DNA of 64,000 nucleotides from Eledone cirrhosa (lineage: Eukaryota). Each line of letters starts with the position of its first letter. Position 1 is the first letter of the stretch. The position numbers and the translations under genes were made by a program. Under the pieces are notes generated by a model, which was given only the letters and a program-made list of their open reading frames with translations, made no database searches and had not been told where the DNA came from. This document shows positions 1 through 12,110 of this stretch, in pieces. Location: contig OZ024740.1 in the NCBI GenBank assembly GCA_964016885.1, positions 296,236,001 through 296,300,000 of the forward strand. The letters are read 5' to 3'.

Positions 1-394
1 CATTTTTTATTTGGGTGATCCATTTTTTATTTGGAGGATCCATTTTTTATTTGGGGGATCCATTTTTTATTTGGGTGATCCATTTTTTATTTGGGTGATC
101 CATTTTTTATTTGGGTGATCCATTTTTTATTTGGGTGATCCATTTTTTATTTGTGGGATCCTTTTTTTATTTGGGTGATCCATTTTTTATTTGGGTGATC
201 CATTTTTTATTTGAGTGATCCATTTTTTATTTGGGGGATCCATTTTTTATTTGGGTGATCCATTTTTATTTGGGGTATCCATTTTTTATTTGGTGGATCC
301 ATTTTTTATTTGGGTGATCCATTTTTTATTTGGGTGATCCATTTTTTATTTGAGTGATCCATTCTTTATTTGAGGGATCCATTTTTTATTTGGG

Positions 395-428
395 GGATCC
401 ATTTTTTATTTGATGGATCACCCAAATA
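395..428. other. Representative T-rich to A-rich inversion junction GGATCCATTTTTTATTTG|ATGGATC
   Basis: Seen at ~412, 1780, 2563, 3828, 4128, 5739, 6700 and elsewhere, and as the reverse complement GATCCAT|CAAAT at ~12330, 13884, 19337, 41995, 43529, 53347, 56087. Confidence 0.92.
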
Positions 429-1271
429 AAAAATGGATCCCCCAAATAAAAAGTGGATCACCCAAATAAAAAATGGATCCCCCAAATAAAAAATGGATCA
501 TCAAATAAAAAATGAATCACCCAAATAAAAAATGGATCACCCAAATAAAAAATGGATCACCCAAATAAAAAATGGATACCCCTAATAAAAAATGGATCAA
601 CCAAATAAAAAATGGATCACCCAAATAAAAAATGGATCCCCCAAATAAAAATTGGATCACCCAAATAAAAAATGGATCACCCAAATAAAAAATGGATCAC
701 CCAAATAAAAAATGGATCCCCCAAATAAAAAATGGATCACCCAAATAAAAAATGGATCACCCAAATAAAAAATGGATCACCCAAATAAAAAGTGGATCAC
801 CCAAATAAAAAATGGATCGCCCCAATAAAAAATGGATCCCCAAATAATAAATGGATCACCCAAATAAAAAATGGATCCCCCAAATAAAAAATGGATCCCC
901 CAAATAAAAAATGGATCACCCAAATAACAAATGGATCACCCAAATAAAAAATGGATCCCCCAAATAAAAAATGGATCACCCAAATAAAAAATGGATCACC
1001 CAAATAAAAAATGGATCACCCAAATAAAAAATGGATCACCCAAATAAAAAATGGATCGCCTAAATAAAAAATGGATCCCTCAAATAAAGAATAGATCACT
1101 CAAATAAAAAATGGATCACCCAAATAAAAAATGGATCCCCCAAATAAAAAATGGATCACCCAAATAAAAAATGGATCACCCCAATAAAAAATGGATCCCC
1201 CAAATAAAAAATGGATCACCCAAATAGATCACAAATAGATAATGGTTCCCCCAAATAAAAAATGGATCCGC

Positions 1272-1301
1272 CAAATAAAAAAGGGATCCATTTTTTATTT
1301 G
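1272..1301. other. Representative A-rich to T-rich inversion junction: quasi-palindrome CAAATAAAAAA-G-GGATCC-A-TTTTTTATTTG centred on GGATCC
   Basis: The arms are reverse complements with one mismatch flanking GGATCC. The same junction or its reverse complement accounts for about 38 of 45 such switches. Confidence 0.92.
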
Positions 1302-4300
1302 GGGGATCCATTTTTTATTTGGGTGATCCATTTTTTATTTGGGTGATCCATTTTTTATTTGGGGGATCCATTTTTTATTTGGGTGATCCATTTTTTATTT
1401 GGAGGATCCATTTTTTATTTGGGGGATCCATTTTTTATTTGGGTGATCCATTTTTTATTTGGGTGATCCATTTTTTATTTGGGTGATCCATTTTTTATTT
1501 GGGTGATCCATTTTTTATTTGTGGGATCCTTTTTTTATTTGGGTGATCCATTTTTTATTTGGGTGATCCATTTTTTATTTGAGTGATCCATTTTTTATTT
1601 GGGGGATCCATTTTTTATTTGGGTGATCCATTTTTATTTGGGGTATCCATTTTTTATTTGGTGGATCCATTTTTTATTTGGGTGATCCATTTTTTATTTG
1701 GGTGATCCATTTTTTATTTGAGTGATCCATTCTTTATTTGAGGGATCCATTTTTTATTTGGGGGATCCATTTTTTATTTGATGGATCACCCAAATAAAAA
1801 ATGGATCCCCCAAATAAAAAGTGGATCACCCAAATAAAAAATGGATCCCCCAAATAAAAAATGGATCATCAAATAAAAAATGAATCACCCAAATAAAAAA
1901 TGGATCACCCAAATAAAAAATGGATCACCCAAATAAAAAATGGATACCCCTAATAAAAAATGGATCAACCAAATAAAAAATGGATCACCCAAATAAAAAA
2001 TGGATCCCCCAAATAAAAATTGGATCACCCAAATAAAAAATGGATCACCCAAATAAAAAATGGATCACCCAAATAAAAAATGGATCCCCCAAATAAAAAA
2101 TGGATCACCCAAATAAAAAATGGATCACCCAAATAAAAAATGGATCACCCAAATAAAAAGTGGATCACCCAAATAAAAAATGGATCGCCCCAATAAAAAA
2201 TGGATCCCCAAATAATAAATGGATCACCCAAATAAAAAATGGATCCCCCAAATAAAAAATGGATCCCCCAAATAAAAAATGGATCACCCAAATAACAAAT
2301 GGATCACCCAAATAAAAAATGGATCCCCCAAATAAAAAATGGATCACCCAAATAAAAAATGGATCACCCAAATTTTTTATTTGGGTGATCCATTTTTTAT
2401 TTGGGGGATCCATTTTTTATTTGGGTGATCCATTTTTTATTTGGGTGATCCATTTTTTAATTGCGGGATCCATTTTTTATTTGGGTGATCCATTTTTTAT
2501 TTGAGTGATCCATTCTTTATTTGAGGGATCCATTTTTTATTTGGGGGATCCATTTTTTATTTGATGGATCACCCAAATAAAAAATGGATCAACCAAATAA
2601 AAAATTGTTCACCCAAATAAAAAATGGATCCCTTTTTTATTTAGCGGATCCATTTTTTTATTTCGGTGATCCATTTTTTATTTGGTGGATCCATTTTTAA
2701 TTTGGGGGAACCATTTTTTATTTGGGTGATCCATTTTTTATTTGGGGGATCCATTTTTTATTTGGGGGATCAATTTTTTATTTGGGTGATCCATTTTTCA
2801 TTTGGGTGATCCATTTTTTATTTGGTGATCCATTTTTTATTTGGGGGATCCATTTTTTATTTGGGTGATCGATTTTTTATTTGGGTGATCTATTTTTTAT
2901 TTGGGGTATCCATTTTTAATTTGGGTGATCAATTTTTTATTTGGGTGATCCATTTTTTATTTGGGTGATCCATTTTTTATTTGGATGATCCATTTTTTAT
3001 TTGGGGGATCCATTTTTTATTTGGGTGATCCATTTTTTATTTGGGGGATCCATTTTTTATTTGGGCGATCCATTTTTTATTTGGGGGATCCATTTTTTAT
3101 TTGGTGGATCCATTTTTTATTTGGGTGATGTAAAATAAAATAAAATAAAAAATGGATCCCCCAAATAAAAAATGGATCCCTCAAATAAAAAATGGATCAC
3201 CCAAATAAAAAATGGATCACCCAAATAAAAAATGGATCCCCCAAATACAAAATGGATCACCAAATAAAAAATGGATCACCCAAATAAAAAATGGATCCCC
3301 CAAATAAAAAATGGATCACCCAAATAAAAAATGGATCTCCCAAATACAAAATGGATCACCAAATATAAAATGGATCACCCAAATAAAAAATGGATCCTCC
3401 AAATAAAAAATGGATCACCCAAATAAAAAATGGATCACCCAAATAAAAAATGGATCGCCCAAATAAAAAATGGATCCAAAAAATAAAAATGGATCACCCA
3501 AACAAAAAATGGATCACCCAAATAAACACTGGATCCCCCAAATAAAAAATGGATTACCCAAATAAAAAATGGATCCCCCAAATAAAAAAGGGATCCATTT
3601 TTTATTTGGGTGATCCATTTTTTATTTGGGTGATCCATTTTTTATTTGGGCGATCCATTTTTTATTTGGGGGATACATTTTTTATTTGGGTGATCCATTT
3701 TTTATTTGGGTGATTCATTTTTTATTTGGGTGATCCATTTTTAATTTTTGGGATCCATTTTTTATTTGGTGGATCCATTTTTTATTTGGGTGATCCATTT
3801 TTTATTTGGGTGATCCATTTTTTATTTGATGGATCCCCAAATAGAAAATGGAACCCCCAAATAAAAAATGGATCCCCCAAATAAAAAATGGATCACCCAA
3901 ATAAAAAATGGATCCCCCAAATAAAAAATGGATCCCCCAAATAAAAAATGAATCCCTGAAATAAAAAATGGATCCCCCAAATAAAAAAGGGATGCATTTT
4001 TTATTTGGGTGATCCATTTTTTATTTGGGGGGATCCGTTTTTTATTTGGGCGATCCATTTTTTATTTGGGTGATCCATTTTTTATTTGAGGGATCCATTT
4101 TTTATTTGGGGGATCCATTTTTTATTTGATGGATCTCCCAAATAAAAAATGGATCATCCAAATAAAAAATGGATCCCCCAAATAAAAAATGGATCACCCA
4201 AATAAAAAATGGAACACCCAAATAAAAAATGGATCCCCCAAATAAAAAATGGATCCCCCAAATAAAAAATGGATCCCCAAAATAAAAAATGGATCACCCA

Positions 4301-5369
4301 AATAAAAAATGGAGCCCCCAAATAAAAAATGGATCACCCAAATTAAAACTGGTTCCCCCAAATAAAAAATGGATCACCCAAGTAAAAAATGGATCCCCCA
4401 AATAAAAAATGGATCCCCCAAATAAAAAATGGATCCCCCAAATAAAAAATGGATCACCCAAATAAAAAATGGATCCCCAAATAAAAAATGGATCCCCAAA
4501 TAAAAAATGGATCCTCCAAATAAAAAATGGATCACCCAAATAAAAAATGGATCACCCAAATAAAAAATGGATCACCCAAATAAAAAATGGATCGCCCAAA
4601 TAAAAAATGGATCCCCAAATAAAAAATGGATCACCCAAATAAAAAATGGATCCCCCAAATAAAAAATGGATCCCCCAAATAAAAAATGGATCACCCAAAT
4701 AAAAAATGGACCCCCAAATAAAAAATGGATCACCCAAATAACAAATGGAACACCCAAATAAAAAATGGATCCCCCAAATAAAAAATGGATCACCCAAATA
4801 AAAAATGGATCACCCAAATAAAAAATGGATCCTCCAAATAAAAAATGGATCACCCAAATAAAAAATGGATCCCCCAAATAAAAAATGGATCCCCCAAATA
4901 AAAAATGTATCACCCAAATAAAAACTGGATCACCCAAATAAAAACTGGATCAGCCAAATAAAAAATGGATCGCCCAAATAAAAAATGGATCCCCCAAATA
5001 AAAAATGGATCACCCAAATGAAAAATGAATCACCCAAATAAAAAATGGATCCCTCAAATAAAGAATGGATCACTCAAATAAAAAATGGATCACCCAAATA
5101 AAAAATGGATCCCCCAAATAAAAAATGGATCACCCAAATAAAAAATGGATCACCCAAATAAAAAATGGATCCCCCAAATAAAAAATGGATCACCCAAATA
5201 AAAAATGGATCCCCCAAATAAAAAAGGATCACCCAAATAAAAAATGGATCATTCAAATAAAAAATGGATCACCCAAATAAAAAATGGATCCCCCAAATAA
5301 AAAATGGATCACCCAAATAAAAAATAAATCACCCAAATAAAGAATGGATCACCCAAATAAAAAATGGAT

Positions 5370-8300
5370 CCCCCAAATAAAAAATGGATCACCCAAATAA
5401 AAAATGGATCCCTTTTTTATTTGGCGGATCCATTTTTTGGGGGGGATCCATTATCTATTTGGGTGATCCATTTTATGTTTGGGGGATCCAGTTTTTATTT
5501 GGGTGATCCATTTTTTATTTGGGGGATCCATTTTTTATTTGGGTGATCCATTTTTTATTTGGTGATCCATTTTTTATTTGGGGGATCCATTTTTATTTGG
5601 GTGATCCATTTTTTATTTGGTTGATCCATTTTTTATTAGAGGTATCCATTTTTAATTTGGGTGATCCATTTTTTATTTGTGTGATCCATTTTTTATATGA
5701 GGGATCCATTTTTTATTTGGGGGATCCATTTTTTATTTGATGGATGTCCCAAATAAAAAATGGATCACCCGAATAAAAAATGGATCCCCCAAATAAAAAA
5801 TGGATCCCCCAAATAAAAAATGGGTCCCCCAAATAAAAAATGGGTCACCCAAATAAAAAATGGATCACCCAAATAAAAAATGGATCGCCCAAATAAAAAA
5901 TGGATCCAAAAAATAAAAAATGGATCACCCAAATAAAAAATGGATCCCCCAAATAAAAAATGGATCCCCCAAATAAAAAATGGATCACCCAAATAAAAAA
6001 TGGGCCCCCCCCCAAAAAAAATGGATCACCCAAATAAAAAATGGATCACCCAAATAAAAAATGCATCCTCCAAATAAAAAATGGATCACCCAAATAAAAA
6101 ATGGATCCTCCAAATAAAAAATGGATCACCCAAATAAAAAATGGATCACCCAAATAAAAAATGGATCACCCAAATCAAAAATGGATCCCCCAAACAAAAA
6201 ATGGATCACCCAAATAAAAAATGGATCCCCCACATAAAAAATGGATCACCCAAATAAAAAATGAATCACCCAAATAAAAAATGGATCACCCAAATAAAAA
6301 ATGGATCCCCCAAATAAAAAATGGATCACCCAAATAAAAAAATGGATCACCCAAATAAAAAATGGATCCCTTTTTTATTTGGGGGATCCATTTTTTATTT
6401 GAAGGATCCATTTTTTATTTGGGTGATCCATTTTTTATTTGGGTGATCCATTTTTTATTTGGGTGATCCATTTTTTATTTGGGGGATCCATTTTTTATTT
6501 GGGGGATCCATTTTTTATTTGGGGGATCCATTTTTTATTTGGGTGATCCATTTTTTATTTGTGGGATCCATTTTATATTTGGGGGATCCATTTTTTATTT
6601 GGGGATCCATTTTTTATTTGGGTGATCCATTTTTTATTTGGGTGATCCATTTTTTATTTGAGGGATCCATTTTTTATTTGGGGGATCCATTTTTTATTTG
6701 ATGGATCTCCCAAATAAAAAATGGATCATCCAAATAAAAAATGGATCCCCCAAATAAAAAATGGATCACCCAAATAAAAAATGGAACACCCAAATAAAAA
6801 ATGGATCCCCCAAATAAAAAATGGATCCCCCAAATAAAAAATGGATCCCCGAAATAAAAAATGGATCACCCAAATAAAAAATGGAGCCCCCAAATAAAAA
6901 ATGGATCACCCAAATTAAAACTGGTTCCCCCAAATAAAAAATGGATCACCCAAGTAAAAAATGGATCCCCCAAATAAAAAATGGATCCCCCAAATAAAAA
7001 ATGGATCCTCCAAATAAAAAATGGATCACCCAAATAAAAAATGGATCCCCAAATAAAAAATGGATCCCCAAATAAAAAATGGATCCTCCAAATAAAAAAT
7101 GGATCACCCAAATAAAAAATGGATCACCCAAATAAAAAATGGATCACCCAAATAAAAAATGGATCGCCCAAATAAAAAATGGATCCCCAAATAAAAAATG
7201 GATCACCCAAATAAAAAATGGATCCCCCAAATAAAAAATGGATCCCCCAAATAAAAAATGGATCACCCAAATAAAAAATGGACCCCCAAATAAAAAATGG
7301 ATCACCCAAATAACAAATGGAACACCCAAATAAAAAATGGATCCCCCAAATAAAAAATGGATCACCCAAATAAAAAATGGATCACCCAAATAAAAAATGG
7401 ATCCTCCAAATAAAAAATGGATCACCCAAATAAAAAATGTATCACCCAAATAAAAACTGGATCACCCAAATAAAAACTGGATCAGCCAAATAAAAAATGG
7501 ATCGCCCAAATAAAAAATGGATCCCCCAAATAAAAAATGGATCACCCAAATGAAAAATGAATCACCCAAATAAAAAATGGATCCCTCAAATAAAGAATGG
7601 ATCACTCAAATAAAAAATGGATCACCCAAATAAAAAATGGATCCCCCAAATAAAAAATGGATCACCCAAATAAAAAATGGATCACCCAAATAAAAAATGG
7701 ATCCCCCAAATAAAAAATGGATCACCCAAATAAAAAATGGATCCCCCAAATAAAAAAGGATCACCCAAATAAAAAATGGATCATTCAAATAAAAAATGGA
7801 TCACCCAAATAAAAAATGGATCCCCCAAATAAAAAATGGATCACCCAAATAAAAAATAAATCACCCAAATAAAAAATGGATCACCCAAATAAAAAATTGA
7901 TCCCCCAAATAAAAAATGGATCACCCAAATAAAAAATGGATCACCCAAATATAATATGGATCCCCCAAATAAAAAATGGATCCCCCAAATAAAAAATGGA
8001 TCCCCCAAATAAAAAATGGATCCCCCAAATAAAAAATGGATCACCCAAATAAAAAATGGATCCCCAAATAAAAAATGGATCCCCAAATAAAAAATGGATC
8101 CTCCAAATAAAAAATGGATCACCCAAATAAAAAATGGATCACCCAAATAAAAAATGGATCACCCAAATAAAAAATGGATCGCCCAAATAAAAAATGGATC
8201 CCCAAATAAAAAATGGATCACCCAAATAAAAAATGGATCCCCCAAATAAAAAATGGATCCCCCAAATAAAAAATGGATCACCCAAATAAAAAATGGACCC

Positions 8301-11300
8301 CCAAATAAAAAATGGATCACCCAAATAACAAATGGAACACCCAAATAAAAAATGGATCCCCCAAATAAAAAATGGATCACCCAAATAAAAAATGGATCAC
8401 CCAAATAAAAAATGGATCCTCCAAATAAAAAATGGATCACCCAAATAAAAAATGTATCACCCAAATAAAAACTGGATCACCCAAATAAAAACTGGATCAG
8501 CCAAATAAAAAATGGATCGCCCAAATAAAAAATGGATCCCCCAAATAAAAAATGGATCACCCAAATGAAAAATGAATCACCCAAATAAAAAATGGATCCC
8601 TCAAATAAAGAATGGATCACTCAAATAAAAAATGGATCACCCAAATAAAAAATGGATCACCCAAATAAAAAATAAATCACCCAAATAAAAAATGGATCAC
8701 CCAAATAACAAATTGATCCCCCAAATAAAAAATGGATCACCCAAATAAAAAATGGATCACCCAAATAAAAAATGGATCCCTTTTTTATTTGGCGGATCCA
8801 TTTTTTTGGGGGGGATCCATTATCTATTTGGGTGATCCATTTTATGTTTGGGGGATCCAGTTTTTATTTGGGTGATCCATTTTTTATTTGGGGGATCCAT
8901 TTTTTATTTGGGTGATCCATTTTTTATTTGGTGATCCATTTTTTATTTGGGGGATCCATTTTTATTTGGGTGATCCATTTTTTATTTGGTTGATCCATTT
9001 ATTATTAGAGGTATCCATTTTTAATTTGGGTGATCCATTTTTTAATTGTGTGATCCATTTTTTATATGAGGGATCCATTTTTTATTTGGGGGATCCATTT
9101 TTTATTTGATGGATGTCCCAAATAAAAAATGGATCACCCGAATAAAAAATGGATCCCCCAAATAAAAAATGGATCCCCCAAATAAAAAATGGATCCCCCA
9201 AATAAAAAATGGGTCACCCAAATAAAAAATGGATCACCCAAATAAAAAATGGATCGCCCAAATAAAAAATGGATCCAAAAAATAAAAAATGGATCACCCA
9301 AATAAAAAATGGATCCCCCAAATAAAAAATGGATCCCCCAAATAAAAAATGGATCACCCAAATAAAAAATGGGCCCCCCCCAAAAAAAAATGGATCACCC
9401 AAATAAAAAATGGATCACCCAAATAAAAAATGCATCCTCCAAATAAAAAATGGATCACCCAAATAAAAAATGGATCCTCCAAATAAAAAATGGATCACCC
9501 AAATAAAAAATGGATCACCCAAATAAAAAATGGATCACCCAAATCAAAAATGGATCCCCCAAACAAAAAATGGATCACCCAAATAAAAAATGGATCCCCC
9601 ACATAAAAAATGGATCACCCAAATAAAAAATGAATCACCCAAATAAAAAATGGATCACCCAAATAAAAAATGGATCCCCCCAAAAAAAAATGGATCACCC
9701 AAATAAAAAAATGGATCACCCAAATAAAAAATGGATCCATTTTTTATTTGGGTGATCCATTTTTTATTTGGGTGATCCATTTTTTATTTGGGTGATCCAT
9801 TTTTTATTTGGGTGATCCATTTTTTATTTGGGGGATCCATTTTTTATTTGGGGGATCCATTTTTTATTTGGGGGATCCATTTTTTATTTGGGTGATCCAT
9901 TTTTTATTTGGGTGATCCATTTTTTATTTGTGGGATCCATTTTATATTTGGGGGATCCATTTTTTATTTGGGGATCCATTTTTTATTTGGGTGATCCATT
10001 TTTTATTTGGGTGATCCATTTTTTATTTGAGGGATCCATTTTTTATTTGGGGGATCCATTTTTTATTTGATGGATCTCCCAAATAAAAAATGGATCATCC
10101 AAATAAAAAATGGATCCCCCAAATAAAAAATGGATCACCCAAATAAAAAATGGAACACCCAAATAAAAAATGGATCCCCCAAATAAAAAATGGATCCCCC
10201 AAATAAAAAATGGATCCCCAAAATAAAAAATGGATCACCCAAATAAAAAATGGAGCCCCCAAATAAAAAATGGATCACCCAAATTAAAACTGGTTCCCCC
10301 AAATAAAAAATGGATCACCCAAGTAAAAAATGGATCCCCCAAATAAAAAATGGATCCCCCAAATAAAAAATGGATCCTCCAAATAAAAAATGGATCACCC
10401 AAATAAAAAATGGATCCCCAAATAAAAAATGGATCCCCAAATAAAAAATGGATCCTCCAAATAAAAAATGGATCACCCAAATAAAAAATGGATCACCCAA
10501 ATAAAAAATGGATCACCCAAATAAAAAATGGATCGCCCAAATAAAAAATGGATCCCCAAATAAAAAATGGATCACCCAAATAAAAAATGGATCCCCCAAA
10601 TAAAAAATGGATCCCCCAAATAAAAAATGGATCACCCAAATAAAAAATGGACCCCCAAATAAAAAATGGATCACCCAAATAACAAATGGAACACCCAAAT
10701 AAAAAATGGATCCCCCAAATAAAAAATGGATCACCCAAATAAAAAATGGATCACCCAAATAAAAAATGGATCCTCCAAATAAAAAATGGATCACCCAAAT
10801 AAAAAATGTATCACCCAAATAAAAACTGGATCACCCAAATAAAAACTGGATCAGCCAAATAAAAAATGGATCGCCCAAATAAAAAATGGATCCCCCAAAT
10901 AAAAAATGGATCACCCAAATGAAAAATGAATCACCCAAATAAAAAATGGATCCCTCAAATAAAGAATGGATCACTCAAATAAAAAATGGATCACCCAAAT
11001 AAAAAATGGATCCCCCAAATAAAAAATGGATCACCCAAATAAAAAATGGATCACCCAAATAAAAAATGGATCCCCCAAATAAAAAATGGATCACCCAAAT
11101 AAAAAATGGATCCCCCAAATAAAAAAGGATCACCCAAATAAAAAATGGATCATTCAAATAAAAAATGGATCACCCAAATAAAAAATGGATCCCCCAAATA
11201 AAAAATGGATCACCCAAATAAAAAATAAATCACCCAAATAAAAAATGGATCACCCAAATAAATAATTGATCCCCCAAATAAAAAATGGATCACCCAAATA

Positions 11301-12110
11301 AAAAATGGATCACCCAAATATAATATGGATCCCCCAAATAAAAAATGGATCCCCCAAATAAAAAATGGATCCCCCAAATAAAAAATGGATCCCCCAAATA
11401 AAAAATGGATCACCCAAATAAAAAATGGATCCCCAAATAAAAAATGGATCCCCAAATAAAAAATGGATCCTCCAAATAAAAAATGGATCACCCAAATAAA
11501 AAATGGATCACCCAAATAAAAAATGGATCACCCAAATAAAAAATGGATCGCCCAAATAAAAAATGGATCCCCAAATAAAAAATGGATCACCCAAATAAAA
11601 AATGGATCCCCCAAATAAAAAATGGATCCCCCAAATAAAAAATGGATCACCCAAATAAAAAATGGACCCCCAAATAAAAAATGGATCACCCAAATAACAA
11701 ATGGAACACCCAAATAAAAAATGGATCCCCCAAATAAAAAATGGATCACCCAAATAAAAAATGGATCACCCAAATAAAAAATGGATCCTCCAAATAAAAA
11801 ATGGATCACCCAAATAAAAAATGTATCACCCAAATAAAAACTGGATCACCCAAATAAAAACTGGATCAGCCAAATAAAAAATGGATCGCCCAAATAAAAA
11901 ATGGATCCCCCAAATAAAAAATGGATCACCCAAATGAAAAATGAATCACCCAAATAAAAAATGGATCCCTCAAATAAAGAATGGATCACTCAAATAAAAA
12001 ATGGATCACCCAAATAAAAAATGGATCACCCAAATAAAAAATAAATCACCCAAATAAAAAATGGATCACCCAAATAAAAAATTGATCCCCCAAATAAAAA
12101 ATGGATCACC
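5370..12110. repeat. Tandem duplication with 3369-bp period, each unit containing an internal 1015-bp tandem duplication
   Basis: Pseudo-ORF offsets 5519/8888, 6459/9828, 6866/10235 and 8139/11508 are all 3369. Offsets 7124/8139 and 10493/11508 are 1015. Marker AATAACAAATGGAACACCC at ~7310, 8325, 10679, 11694. Confidence 0.9.

Larger units (their letters stand above)
1..2372. repeat. About 1.37-kb higher-order module (one T-rich plus one A-rich block), two tandem partial copies
   Basis: Markers recur at a 1368-bp offset: GTGGGATCCTTTT at 153/1521, junction at 412/1780, and matching pseudo-ORF ends at 797/2165. Confidence 0.9.

Noticed and set aside
5431-5450. T6-8/G6-9 and C/A homopolymer monomers differing in length among copies (~5433, 8801, 26255, 29626, 35254, 38623, 47437; ~6002, 9371, 26827; 61391)
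   Set aside because: The length differences are what slippage or long-read homopolymer error would produce, so they cannot be interpreted without reads.
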